Positions 34,861 through 47,580 of a stretch of 51,134 bases of DNA are shown in pieces. Source of the stretch: Octopus bimaculoides (taxonomy: Eukaryota); the NCBI RefSeq assembly GCF_001194135.2, contig NC_068984.1:101688065-101739198 (forward strand), read 5' to 3'. The translations under genes and the position numbers were made by a program. The notes beneath the pieces were generated by a model. That model was given only the letters and a program-made list of their open reading frames with translations, had not been told where the DNA came from and ran no database searches. The number at the start of each line of letters is the position of its first letter. The stretch's first letter is position 1.

Positions 34861-35828
34861 NNNNNNNNNNNNNNNNNNNNNNNNNNNNNNNNNNNNNNNN
34901 NNNNNNNNNNNNNNNNNNNNNNNNNNNNNNNNNNNNNNNNNNNNNNNNNNNNNNNNNNNNNNNNNNNNNNNNNNNNNNNNNNNNNNNNNNNNNNNNNNNN
35001 NNNNNNNNNNNNNNNNNNNNNNNNNNNNNNNNNNNNNNNNNNNNNNNNNNNNNNNNNNNNNNNNNNNNNNNNNNNNNNNNNNNNNNNNNNNNNNNNNNNN
35101 NNNNNNNNNNNNNNNNNNNNNNNNNNNNNNNNNNNNNNNNNNNNNNNNNNNNNNNNNNNNNNNNNNNNNNNNNNNNNNNNNNNNNNNNNNNNNNNNNNNN
35201 NNNNNNNNNNNNNNNNNNNNNNNNNNNNNNNNNNNNNNNNNNNNNNNNNNNNNNNNNNNNNNNNNNNNNNNNNNNNNNNNNNNNNNNNNNNNNNNNNNNN
35301 NNNNNNNNNNNNNNNNNNNNNNNNNNNNNNNNNNNNNNNNNNNNNNNNNNNNNNNNNNNNNNNNNNNNNNNNNNNNNNNNNNNNNNNNNNNNNNNNNNNN
35401 NNNNNNNNNNNNNNNNNNNNNNNNNNNNNNNNNNNNNNNNNNNNNNNNNNNNNNNNNNNNNNNNNNNNNNNNNNNNNNNNNNNNNNNNNNNNNNNNNNNN
35501 NNNNNNNNNNNNNNNNNNNNNNNNNNNNNNNNNNNNNNNNNNNNNNNNNNNNNNNNNNNNNNNNNNNNNNNNNNNNNNNNNNNNNNNNNNNNNNNNNNNN
35601 NNNNNNNNNNNNNNNNNNNNNNNNNNNNNNNNNNNNNNNNNNNNNNNNNNNNNNNNNNNNNNNNNNNNNNNNNNNNNNNNNNNNNNNNNNNNNNNNNNNN
35701 NNNNNNNNNNNNNNNNNNNNNNNNNNNNNNNNNNNNNNNNNNNNNNNNNNNNNNNNNNNNNNNNNNNNNNNNNNNNNNNNNNNNNNNNNNNNNNNNNNNN
35801 NNNNNNNNNNNNNNNNNNNNNNNNNNNN
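34861..35828. other. Assembly gap (further gaps at 36364-36463, 36939-37050, 43689-43698)
   Basis: Runs of N; these create the poly-X ORFs. Confidence 0.99.
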
Positions 35829-35829
35829 A

Positions 35830-36480
35830 GGTGCACATAAAATTTTAATGTTTTCACATGTAATTGTTTCAATTCAGTAGTATTAATAGATGAAGCTTTC
35901 TTTATGTAGATGCTTTCAACTTTTCACTCCTCTGTAAATTTTAGCTATGGGAAGATACACTGATGGATCATTGATGTTAATTTCATGTAGCTCTTAAATT
36001 TTCAGAATTTCTTTTTTAACAAAATTACCAAGCATTCCCTTAAGAGTTCATGTAACAGATTTGTGCAGTTTATGCATCCTATAGCTACTGATTGGAAATC
36101 TAAGTTCAACTTAATTATATCTGGCAAAATATATGTTAAAAATGCACAATACATATCTGTGATTGGATTTGTTAATGGATTCAGTACATTTGAAGCTGCA
36201 CTGTTGTTACCTTCAATAGCGTGCAATTGTATTCTTTTGACAACTTGTTTTAAAGACAGTCACCTTGTACAACTTACATGTAATGATTTATGTGGATTTG
36301 TTTGAGTATATGCCTGAAACTCTTCATATTCCTGCAGTCTCTTTGGGCTATTTGAGAGGAATGNNNNNNNNNNNNNNNNNNNNNNNNNNNNNNNNNNNNN
36401 NNNNNNNNNNNNNNNNNNNNNNNNNNNNNNNNNNNNNNNNNNNNNNNNNNNNNNNNNNNNNNNCATTTAAACATTTAAAT
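35830..36480 (-). mobile_element. hAT-family transposase remnant (ZNF862/SCAND3-like type), broken by gaps
   Basis: FLSNSPKRLQEYEEFQ...HKSLHVSCTR(W) and YCAFLTYILPDIIKLNLDFQS match hAT transposase motifs. Confidence 0.75.
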
Positions 36481-36689
36481 TTTTGATTATATGAATATAT
36501 GAATATTTGAATCCAATAAATCGTAAGTTTTCCATTTTCAATACATTTCTAAGAATGCTCTATGAAAATGAATACATATACACATACATACATACACACA
36601 CACACAAATATAGAAACATACATATGTAGTGAAACTACTTATCGCCATTAAATACAAAACTGCTATCGCCATTCTTCTCATTTAAATAT

Positions 36690-36910
36690 AAACAAGCGCG
36701 AGCGTAGCAGAAAACATCAACCTTGTCATCACGTGACTGATCATTATTCGAATCGGCAACTTCTTCGAACCATTCCCGCCAGAACGCAAACTGACCAATC
36801 ACGGCCCCTAATAAGGTCACTTGATAGAGTATTTTTCTGAAGCCTTCGAGAGCCGATAGTTTGTTATAAATAGCTTTAACTCGGAGGCCAAATTTGTCTC
36901 GGTTCAGTTT
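36690..36910. promoter_or_regulatory. CpG-rich promoter-like cluster
   Basis: TCACGTGAC E-box (CACGTG 36730-35), CCAAT 36795-99, TATAAATA 36865-72 and TCAGTT 36904-09, with CpG density well above background. TATA-Inr spacing (41 nt) is non-canonical. Confidence 0.35.
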
Positions 36911-38659
36911 CTCTTTGAGATCTGTTCCATGTACCACANNNNNNNNNNNNNNNNNNNNNNNNNNNNNNNNNNNNNNNNNNNNNNNNNNNNNNNNNNNNNN
37001 NNNNNNNNNNNNNNNNNNNNNNNNNNNNNNNNNNNNNNNNNNNNNNNNNNGTCATGACCAACACGGTTCTACGATTACTACTAACCAGCATCAATCTCCA
37101 CCAGCGTCAACACAACTTACTATGTACACCAAACTAAACCACCGCGGCACATCTCTCTCTTCGATTCTGTTAGGTGACTTAGCTTCACCACGATAATAAA
37201 CAGACAAGAGATTTCAGCCAGCGACGAACATCTGTATAACAAGAATCACAGCCCGGCATGGAAGCCACAACATCACAACCAGTGATCGCTCTGCCACACT
37301 CACAGCCTCAACTACTTTCACATACAGACTTTTCCTATAGTGTACTCAGAACTGGTATAAATGCTCATGGTTACTGATTCTTTCTATCTGCTTTAATATC
37401 TCACATACACATACATGTATCACTCACATACATACTTTTCTTTGTATGACGGCCTGTCTTTGATTATGTTATTATATGTCGCATTCACACTCACACACAG
37501 ACATACATCTTTTATGCCACAATAAATATCTCTGTTATTCATCTCATACGGTTGTGATCTTTCATTACTGGTCATCTATGTTATCGTAGTATAACATATT
37601 TGTATATCATCTTTGATATATAATTTTGTGTTCGACCGTGTGACACGTTTAAATAAAAGGAGTCCTCTGTTTCTTCCATTCGTCACCATATCTCCTTTTT
37701 GAGTTCACACGGTCGTTCTTACACATATATTATCTCATATTATTGCTTACTAATTAATATCTTCCGGTACATATATATCAGAGGTGATTCCAGATCATCA
37801 GCGTCACTCGGGCTCATCACAGATTTCGTCACTCGGCCTCATCACAAGTTTCAAGTTTTTCCGCAATATTTCTAGCCCAAGAGTCCTTAAAAATGAATCT
37901 GAAACTGAGCCCTCTTTTCATCAGAAACGAGGTGTGAGTAATCACCGATATCAACAACATCAATGATATTTTTTGACACAGGGCAGGCGCTGAACGAAAA
38001 TAAATCAACTGCGACCAGGCTCAATAAAAGGAGCCCGAGTTATTGGCTGCAATTACATATTTGAAGTCAGTGTTGGCAGAAATTAAATAATCTTGCAAAT
38101 ACACATTCACTGTACTGAATTTATACTCGGGCTAAGCCCGAATAGCCAGAGTGCTGGAGTCGCCGCTGATATGTGTGTGTGTGTGTGTGTGTGTGTCATT
38201 ATTCAGTTACATTTCAAGATTTATTGCCCTCTATACTAAGCGAGGTGGTACCCCCTCCACTGACATTTCTTATTCAGGAGAGAAGCACGAGCGCCTGTCA
38301 ACAATCTATTTGCCAGCTTTGGTTTACGCCTGATCCAGCATTCCAGTTCACCAAAAGAGCTGAACCTAGGAAATATCTCATTAAGAAACAGAGACCACAC
38401 CCGCTCACTGTCTCACTTATTCAGACTGCTATTATATATATGTAGTGGTCCAGTCCATTCTTGCCAGGGGGTGTTGTACTCTTGCACAACATCAATGACA
38501 AAGAACTTTATATTTCATATTACAAGCCATAAATTAAAAGTTGCATTACAAGTATGAATGCTGACCTGTTTTTTTTTACATAGTTTTTTGTAAAATAAGT
38601 TACAAGTTAATTGTTTGTGTAGTAAACTACAAAATAATTACATTCTCTTAATTTCTTGT

Positions 38660-39010
38660 AATTCAGAATGTTCCATGGTCTCAGCAGACAAAATGGAAAA
38701 GGCGTTGGCCTGCAGGAGGGCAAGGGGGATGCACTGCAACAACTACCTTGACTCACAGGCCTCACACTTGTGGATAGCCATCTCCACCCCAATAGCAGTG
38801 AGCAGGGATATGATCTGGGGACAGAGAACATTGGAGGTCTCCACTGCCACAGGCATGACCTATACCTGTCAGAGAGTGACCGACATTTTGACAGTTTGCT
38901 TTTCTCAGCCTAGAGAGCAGCAGGCTGAACACACCAAATTGCCACTGGAGAATATGTCACAGCATGTGGCATCCCAGATGATGGACATTGGTCTCACAAG
39001 GGCAGGATTT
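38660..39010 (+). mobile_element. Possible MULE-type transposase remnant
   Basis: ALACRRARGMHCNNYLDS loosely resembles the WA..YR...HTNN..ES motif of Mutator-like transposases. Weak. Confidence 0.3.
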
Positions 39011-40324
39011 TAACATTTTTCTTTCAGTTCTTCAAATCATAATATCAATTGCCCATAGAAAAATTAAATTATTACAAAAAGGAAGGAGATGAAATTGATT
39101 GACTATACAATACGATGTTGTTGATAAGGATGGATAAAGTTGTTTACATACTGTGTGACAAGTTAACTATGAATAGAAATTGGAAAGTTAGTATTTTGAC
39201 ACTTAAGATTTCAAATAATATATAACACAACAGCTAAAAGAGAAACATTCCCAATCAAAGAACATTAAAATTCTTAATAGGACCATTGCATTTAGTAAGC
39301 GCAAGTTTTAGCATTTCATAAACTATTGTCAATCATGGAAAATTACTAAATGATGCATCGTTTTATTTGACTTCCATAAGAAAAAATTAATTATAAGGTG
39401 CATGAATGAATTAACAATAAACAAGAATACTGTTAGAGATAGAGTTATGGAAATTAATACTAATGTAGTAATACTAACCATGTCAGCCTAGTAACAAGTG
39501 AAGGTTATGACACATCAGCAACCTTAGTCTACATTTTAGCCAATCATTGTCCTGGTGTATTTGTGTTGGTGTTAAGAGTAATGAAAAATTCAATGAAGTT
39601 TTGTACTAAATGATGGTTATAAAATACAAACCAGAGGAGAGCAAGCACTGGCAGAGGACAGCAGAGGTTTTCTTGATCAACCAGCAGCCATGCCACTATT
39701 GAATTGCACTCCACTTGTAAGCTTCTTATTCGAGTTCCAGTTCCTTAAGACTAAAGAAATAATTGTAATGGGAGAAGGAGGTACTCCAAAGGTATCACAA
39801 GCCTTCAATTTCATTATACCACTTTGACCTTAAGCTAAAAGATTATCTCACCAAGTCTCAAGACTTACATTTTCTCCTCTCATCAAACATATTCTCACAC
39901 ACAAGCTACTGGCATTCAGCATATCAGCATTCGGCATGTAACATCAATATGGAAATAAAACTGAGTCGTTAAAACTAAATATTGTGGTTAGTTTTATGTG
40001 GGAAATGACATGCTGCCAGAACAAATTTTTAGCTACCAGTTCACCCAGCCTCACTTACAAAATCATGTTCAACATTTAAATAGCTATAACTTTTCTCCTT
40101 TTGTCATGATAAAACCTCTGATATTGTTATTAATTTAGTTAACTATAATTGCACAATATTTTTATAGATTCTGTTCATGAGAAATTTAAGTAAAGAAATT
40201 TGCCTCTAAACATACCAGAAAAATACATACATGACATAACTGTGTAGTTAAAATGTTTCATGAAAGACAAAGAGATATGTCAAAAATTGTTTCAGTTTCA
40301 ACTGATGGGTCCTCTAATATGGTA

Positions 40325-40530
40325 GTTCTAAATCAATGGTTCTCAACTGGGGTCCATATAAGATTTTGTTAAAATTTATATGTAATAAATCGGTTACACC
40401 TCTACAATGCACAAAATGTTATAACAATTTTCTTCTATACAATTCCTAATAACATTAGATAGTAAAAATATAATAGTATTTTTTAAACATCAAGTGGCTA
40501 GGTGGGGCCATCCAGGTACAATAGAAATCA
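40325..40530. mobile_element. Charlie/hAT-type MITE fragment
   Basis: Starts CAATGGTTCTCAACTGGGGTCC after TTCTAAAT. Right end not resolved. Confidence 0.5.
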
Positions 40531-40854
40531 AAGGGATTGGCATAAACAAATATTTAATTAACTTTTAAATGAGGTTGAATAAGTTTACAGCAGTTTAATT
40601 ATCTACATTAGCTGAGACATAGCTAATTACATGAATGATTTGTTGAATCTTTAAATGATTACTTTTAAATATGGAAAGCATAGAGCATGATTTTCTGTAG
40701 CTAAATCATTATGCTTGGTCCAGTGAATTTATGTTTTTCAAAGAATTTTCAATGTATATGAATAAACATAATATTAAACTGCAAGGTTTTTGGAAATCTG
40801 CCATTGTGATGTGTGATTTGACCCAAAGATTTAATAGTAAACTTAACATATAGG

Positions 40855-40920
40855 TGTAGACATGACTATGTGGTAAGAAGCTTGCTTCCCAACCACATGG
40901 TTTGAGGTTCAGTCCCGTAT
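40855..40920 (+). mobile_element. SINE family B, tRNA head only
   Basis: TGTGGTAAGAAGCTTGCTTCCCAACCACATGGTTTGAGGTTCAGTCCC. Confidence 0.8.
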
Positions 40921-41262
40921 TATACACACATACATCATGTTATATACACACACACATAAATGTATGAATGTGACTAGAATAAAATTTGTTTTTAATGATA
41001 TAGAAAGAAATAAAAGGAAAAAAATATGACTTATAAATATTTAGCAATTTAATTCTTTAAATAAAAATAGTGTCCTGGATTTGATTCATTTAGATTAGTC
41101 CATTGAGAGAAGAATATGTACAGACGTAATGTCTAGGAAAAATATGTGCATGAGAAGCTTTAAAAAAAATGAGAATATTACAAAGTTTTTCAAAGACAGA
41201 AACTGGCATATGAAATTAAATACAAGAGGAGAAAACTGACATAAAAGAAACAACCTTACATA

Positions 41263-41610
41263 TTCTTTTCTACTCTAGGCACAAGGCCTGAAATTTTGTC
41301 AGTCAGTTTGATTGACCTCAGTATGCAACTGGTACTTAATTTATCGACCCCGGAAGGATGAAAGGCAAAGTTGACCTCAGCGGAATTTGAACTCAGAATG
41401 TAATCTTTTCTGCTCTAAGCACAAGGCCTGAAATTTTTGGGGAGGGGCCAGTTGATTAGATCGACCGCAGTATGCAACTGGTACTTAATTTATCGACCCC
41501 AAAAGGATGAAAGGCAAAGTCGACCTTGGTGGAATTTGAACTCAAAACGTAACGACAGACTAAATACCGCTAAGCATTTTGCCCGAAGGGCCAACATTTC
41601 TGCCAGCTCA
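41263..41610 (-). mobile_element. Tandem SINE family A copies (full 41402-41610 plus partial 41263-41400)
   Basis: The two copies share TCTA(G/A)GCACAAGGCCTGAAATTTT and CAGTATGCAACTGGTACTTAATTTATCGACCCC. Confidence 0.92.
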
Positions 41611-42242
41611 CATATTGTATAAGAAGTGTCTGTCTACTTTCAACAAGATATCAGAAAAAAAGAGTGCTAGAAAGCATATCAAGAGCTCATTATTTTGTTC
41701 TTCTAGTGTGAGCAAAAGATGTTCATCCTTTCAATATATTTTGAAACTGATTCACATTAAAAAAAGTTCCAAGTGTATGCTGTGAAAGAAAAAATAAAGT
41801 TAGACCAAGTGCTAAAAGGTGCACTTAAGAATTTATTATTTGTTCTTGTTATAAAAAGAGTCATCCATCATTTCCTGACATTGAGAAGATATTCACACTG
41901 AAAAGAAATACAAGGAATGCTAGGTAAGAAGGAAAAAAAATAGTCTTGGTGTCAGACCATAGTGTAAGTTGTAAGTTTGTGACCATTAGGATATTTTATT
42001 GCAAAGCTTACTTCATTCAAAAGCAAAGAATGATATTAATCTGGTATCATGACTGTAATTATTAGAGTGGGAAAGATACTATATAACAACTTTTGTGGCT
42101 TTGGTAGTTAGCACAGGATGCATTCAGTAAAGAAAATATTTTGTTATTACAAGACCATGTCCCAAATTGACATCACAGCTTTCTCAATGATTTCTGCTAT
42201 ATCTATCATTAGACAAATGAAATAAACTAGTTATGTAGATGC

Positions 42243-42450
42243 AATCGGGACCTGACAGTGAACTATCTCTTCCAACCTATGGCGTTTGAGATGTTTGGAG
42301 GGACTGGGCCACTAACAGTGAAGTTCTTGTCATTATTGGCAGCTTGCTTCACTAAGGTGAGGCCTGTGAGGGTTCTTCGCTTTTCCAACACCTTAATCTC
42401 ATTATTACTCACGGTAACTCTGTGATTGTGCTGGATTGTTTCGATAGGTT
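42243..42450 (+). mobile_element. 3' end of a CRE-clade non-LTR retrotransposon (restriction-like endonuclease domain)
   Basis: NRDLTVNYLFQPMAFEMFGGTGPLTVKFLSLLAAC, then a frameshift, then EGSSLFQHLNLIITHGNSVIVLDCF. Corresponds to the (E)TxG.W/G...FQRLS.AIQRGNA RLE tail. Confidence 0.75.
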
Positions 42451-43237
42451 CTGTTGAACCTTGTGCTATGCGACCAATTGAAGCACTTAGTGCTGCATTG
42501 ATGTTTTTCTTTCTTTTCTTTCTCCCTTTTTTTGTTTTTTTTTCTTTGTCTTTCTTTTGTAAAATATATTTCTGTTCATATTTTGAATAAAATTTTGTTT
42601 TTATTTAGAAACACTCCTATGAATGGATTATTAAAAATAAAATAAAATAATGTTTTGAAACATTGGTCTAAAAAGGTTTGTCATTACTGTATTAGGCTCT
42701 ACTACATTTGTATTTGATATGCTGAATACACCCTGAACCTATTTTCCCCAGTCACATTGTTGATATGTTTAACAGTATTTTTACATCACCTCTATAGTGG
42801 TCATTCTTAGTCTTATCACCTGTGTAGAATACTCTTCACAGAGAAGGGTTTAATAAGACCGAAACATATCCATTGCTTTCTCCAGTTGGCTTTAAAAACC
42901 AGATCTTCCAATTCACATTCTCCATATTTTCTATGAATTTCGATCAACTGAACTAATTGGAGTTACTTCCCTTATTGTTTTTCAACTCTGAAATGTTTAG
43001 TTAGTGTTTTTGTCAAACTTCCTAGATAATCTCGACCTGTCTTCCATTTCTCTGTGTAACGTATGTGACAACCTGCCACAGTTGTATTTAATATGTGACT
43101 CCCTATTACAGGTAATTTCCATTCAGCCGTATTCAACTAATTCTAAAATTTCTCAAATAATACAGAGAGTAAACGTGGAGAGAAACAGAGAATGATTAAT
43201 GAGCCATATTATATACTTATTACAAAAGTTAGGTAAA

Positions 43238-43915
43238 TACTTGGCATAACTACAGAGTTCTACCCACCAGACTTTGGAAGGTCATAACTTTCAGAAAAAT
43301 GAATATTTTTTAATGAAATTTTCTATGCATATTGTATTTATTATGTATATTACGAATATATATATTATGTAGATTCCGGTGAAAGTGTTTTGGAATGAGG
43401 GTGGGGGACAATTTTCCGATGTGCATTTCGTATGTGCATCCGTAGATTTCTATTGAAGTAATAAGCAGAAAAGAGAAGCCGTCATAAGAAAACTTACGTT
43501 AAAAATAGTATGCACACGATTTTTTTTTCTCAATAGAAGTAAATTCCAAAGTAAACGTTTCTAGTAGAGAAGTAGAAGAGAACAGAAGCAGCGTATTACT
43601 TCATTACAAATCTACGGAGATGCACATACGCACATAATAGAGAAAAATGAAACAATTATGGACGACTTGCTCCGAAACACCACCGAGTNNNNNNNNNNAA
43701 TATTAATTTTCATGGAAGTTAAGAAGAATTTAAGTGGACTCTGTTGGAATTTCCGAAAATTGTCCCCCACCCCCATTCCAAAACACTTTTTGTATATTCG
43801 GATTCTACATAGTAAATACTATATGCATAGAAAATTTCATTAAAAAATATTCATTTTTCTGAAAGTTATAACCTCCCAAAATCTGGGGGGTAAAACTCTG
43901 TAGTTATGCCAAATA
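43238..43915. mobile_element. Foldback MITE with ~180-bp TIRs and a nested internal inverted repeat
   Basis: TTGGCATAACTACAGAG...GGGGACAATTTTC (43241-43417) is the inverse of 43753-43912; inner pair about 43422-43462 and 43595-43634. Confidence 0.85.
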
Positions 43916-44696
43916 CTTTACTTGTTTCCTGATAAATTTTTTAATGTACGAAAAGTCACAGGGAAAAAATCAGAAATAAAAGGCACAGGAAACCTTCATG
44001 AATAACTTATTTAATGTTTGTTTTGCTGTTTCATTCTTTAAATGGAGATATTGAATAAAGCAGATTTTTTTGTCATATTATGTATAGGCCTGTAATAAAT
44101 CTTTGTCATTGAGTATAAACTATGTACTGTCACTTCTTAAGTGACTTAGAATACTATTTAATTACTTAGATTGTATGCTCTTTAAATATAACGTTTCCTG
44201 TGACATATTCCTGGTCAAATTTGTGACTTTTTCTATGATTTTATTTAAAAGAAATTTATTCAATATTTGTTTATTTACTTTCGAAAAACAACCCACGTAT
44301 ACACACTTCAATCATTACTTCCTTGTTTTTAACACCTTCGTCTTTCTTGTGGATTTTTATTGATAAAATCACATCAGTGAAATACTTTTGAAATTTCTGG
44401 CCTTAAATTCAAGGTTAGTCGATCTAAAAACACTTTCTTTATTTGTAGATAAAATAGTTATTTCTTTGGGTTTTTTTTCTCTCAAGTTGTCGATTACCCA
44501 TTTTCAGAGAAATACACGGCAGTTAGTTGGTTTTTCAGTTTTAAGAATTTAACTTTTATTTTATTAGTAACCAAACCACAAAGATCCTAATTTGCTAATC
44601 CAACGAGTTCTCGAACTGCAAACACATGTGTATGTTTATGTTACACCTGCATCAAAGATAGACACCGCACCATATTATGCAATATATACAACAGTT

Positions 44697-44912
44697 TAAG
44701 GCGGCGAGCTGGCGGAATCGTTAACACGCCGGTCAAAATAATTAGCGGCATTTCGTCCGTGTTTATGTTCTAGGTTCAAATTTCGCCGAGGTCGATTTTT
44801 CCTTTCATCCATTCGGGGTCGATAACATAAGTACCAGTCGAGTAATGGAGTCGATGTAATCGACTTACTCCTCCCCCAAGATTGTTGTCCCTGGGCCAAA
44901 ATTTGAAAGCAA
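44697..44912 (+). mobile_element. SINE family A, young copy with intact CpGs
   Basis: GGCGGCGAGCTGGCGGAATCGTTAACACGCCGG...GGTTCAAATTTCGCCGAGGTCGA...GGGGTCGATAA. Confidence 0.92.
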
Positions 44913-46199
44913 TATATATACCACACCACATTACATTACACATATATACTATAATACGCTACATTACACATATATCCAAAACATACCATAGTACATACGC
45001 GACACAATAAACCCAAGCTATATCACCAGGGTAGTATTGTATGCCCCCGGGCAAATCAGTGTACTAGGCCTTATAATATTTATTTATTGACAGCAAGGCA
45101 AGCATACATAGATAAGAATTGAGTTCCTAAACCCGTGTGGTCCCTGGACTACTGCTCGGACGGCACTGCACACCACGCATTAAATAACAACATAGATCAC
45201 AAATACATAAAACACACACCCACTACTATACACCACATCATAAATTACTCCCACATAAACAAATACATATATCACACTATAAACACAAACACAAACACAT
45301 GACGGTCTCCAAAAGATACACTGAAGCGGTGAACCGTGTTAGGTCCTTTCTCAGGTTTAATTAAGTTTTTGAGGTGAGTCGGAAAAAATGCCAGGATCTA
45401 TCGTTTTCAGAGTTTTTAATGTACTGCATCAATACATTTGGCAGTAAAGTAAATTATAACTAGTGCACCAGTCACTGGTTTTAAATAATTAAAATACTTA
45501 TTGTAAATTTAATAAAAGAAAAAATTTGAGCCGATGGTGTTCACTGTTTTAGCGTGTAATTTTAGTGGCGGGATGGATTAAAGTTGAAAAACTATAAACT
45601 GTGCTAAACACACATAGACAAATCTAATATGTTTTACTTTCTTACCCACTTCGAGAAATATATACATTTCTTTCACACAAACATACAGGTAGGTTAATCT
45701 TTTATGAACATAGGTATCTATTTACACGCACACACACACACTATTAACCACTGAATAGATAAGTAGGTCCAAATTCCTTTTGCGTTGTAGTTTTATTAGT
45801 TCTCCACTTCTTAAGGTTTTTAAAGCTTACTTTATTGTATTTAAAAATCAAAAGCTACTTCCCTGTTAATCCTGTATTTCTTCATAGCAAGGCAAAATAT
45901 TTGACGTAAGTAAAAATTACAACTTTTTTAACCCCATTTATAATTTTAGTTGAATGGAAATTAATTTAATGACCACCTGTTGCACATGTAATTTAATCTC
46001 ACAACTGTAAAATGTCTAACGTAAAGTAAAACGTAAAACTATTAGAGATTTATGATATTTTCCTTGATTTTTGTTTACTAAAATTACTCATTAATGTGAT
46101 ATCAAGTCGAAGCATGTTTGTACGTGTCCTGAAAGTGGAACGAAATTATGTCCGGCTCTAGGCATATAGTTGTACATCATAGGTACGCACATGCTTGTA

Positions 46200-46308
46200 C
46201 GTATACACATACACACATTTAAATACACAATATATATGCATTGACGTGGGTGTTATATATTTATGTGTGTATATATGTATGTATATAAATGTATCTATAT
46301 GCATGTAC

Positions 46309-46373
<65 letters not shown>

Positions 46374-46450
46374 CATACATACATACATAAGAATATATAC
46401 ATATGTGTATATATATATATATATACATATGTATACATCTATACATATAA
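46200..46450. repeat. TA/TG/CA microsatellite block
   Basis: Long (TA)n with flanking mixed dinucleotides; source of several YI-repeat ORFs. Confidence 0.95.
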
Positions 46451-47264
46451 ATTTGACATGAGCGATTCTTTCTTGTCTTGGCATTCAAGGTCAAACAGCT
46501 GGGTGGAATTTCGCAAAAAATTACACAGATGTGTAGAATGATCCTATGGTGTTGCTGGGCTTTGTATTTTTTTCATAGCTCCCATGGTTACTGAGATAAT
46601 CTACTATAATAATACTTTTGTGTTTATGAATGAGAAAGATCAGGGTGATAGATGAATAAGTAAGGAAGGAAGGGGTGATGTCATACTTGGTAGTGGGATG
46701 ATGAAAATTGTACACTGAAAAAATAAATCAAGCAGCGTTTCAACTCTATGTGAATATATGTGTGTGTATGTAAAAGGGGGGTATGGGAATGTTTGTGTGT
46801 ATGTGCGTGTGTGTGTGTGTTTGTGTGTGTGTGTGATGGAAGTGGGATGGTTCATCTTCGTTTGCTTAGTATTTGGGTTTATCTTTTGATTTGGTTGAAT
46901 CTTGGTTGTTTTTTGTTATTTTTTTTGGTCAGTTATTTTTAGCGTTTTGACAGAAAAATATCATTCTAAAATTGTTTTTTAACGTAAGTGTGCCCAAACA
47001 AGTCTAATGCTTACACAAAGCATTACAGCCACATCATCCAACCCGACCGGGTGAAACTGGGCTTAGCTGCTATATATATATATATACATACATCCTTTGT
47101 GTTCTGTTTTCATTTTACGTTTTAATATATTCTCTCACCTCTGCCACTATCTGGCATATACAGGTGCTTACGCTTATCAAGTATTACCTCTAAAATTTAC
47201 AATATATATACACATGCATATATGCATATGTATACATGTTCATATATATATGTGTGTGTGTGTA

Positions 47265-47580
47265 TGGCAGGTAAAAAGCACCAACCGAACGGGGTCGATG
47301 CCAGTACCCCTTGACTGGCCCCTGTGCCAGTGGCACATAAAAAGCACTATCTGAACATGATTGATGCCAGGCCTGCCTGACTGGCTCCTGTGCTGGTGGC
47401 ACGTAAAAAGCACCCACTACACTCTCGGAGTGGTTGGCGTTAGGAAGGGCATCCAGCTGTAGAAACATTACCAGATCAGATTGGAGCCCTGGTGCAGCAG
47501 CTGGCTCTCCAGACCTCAGTCAAACTGTCCAACTCATGCCAGCATGGAAAACGGACATTAAACGATGATGATGATGATAC
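47265..47580 (+). mobile_element. SINE family C, longer copy with (GAT)n tail
   Basis: Repeated GGCAC(G/A)TAAAAAGCAC units, GGCGTTAGGAAGGGCATCCAGCTGTAGAAAC, and a GATGATGAT tail. Confidence 0.9.

Noticed and set aside
34778-37196. Long ORFs full of X
   Set aside because: Artefacts of assembly gaps.
37051-37380. Penelope GIY-YIG endonuclease remnant
   Set aside because: Only a vague ...SVLRTGIN resemblance; not enough motif evidence to call as a feature.
44697-44790. tRNA gene (also the heads of other SINE copies)
   Set aside because: Box A/B-like motifs belong to SINE heads continuing into the SINE core; no complete cloverleaf is evident.
46458-46985. + frame MSDSFLSW...HRCVE-TGA-SYG with a CxxU-like motif, interrupted only by TGA codons until a TAA near 46982
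   Set aside because: No similarity to SelW/SelT/SelH beyond the C-V-x-U-x-Y coincidence, no splice structure, it runs through TG microsatellites that favour TGA over TAA, and no SECIS is seen.
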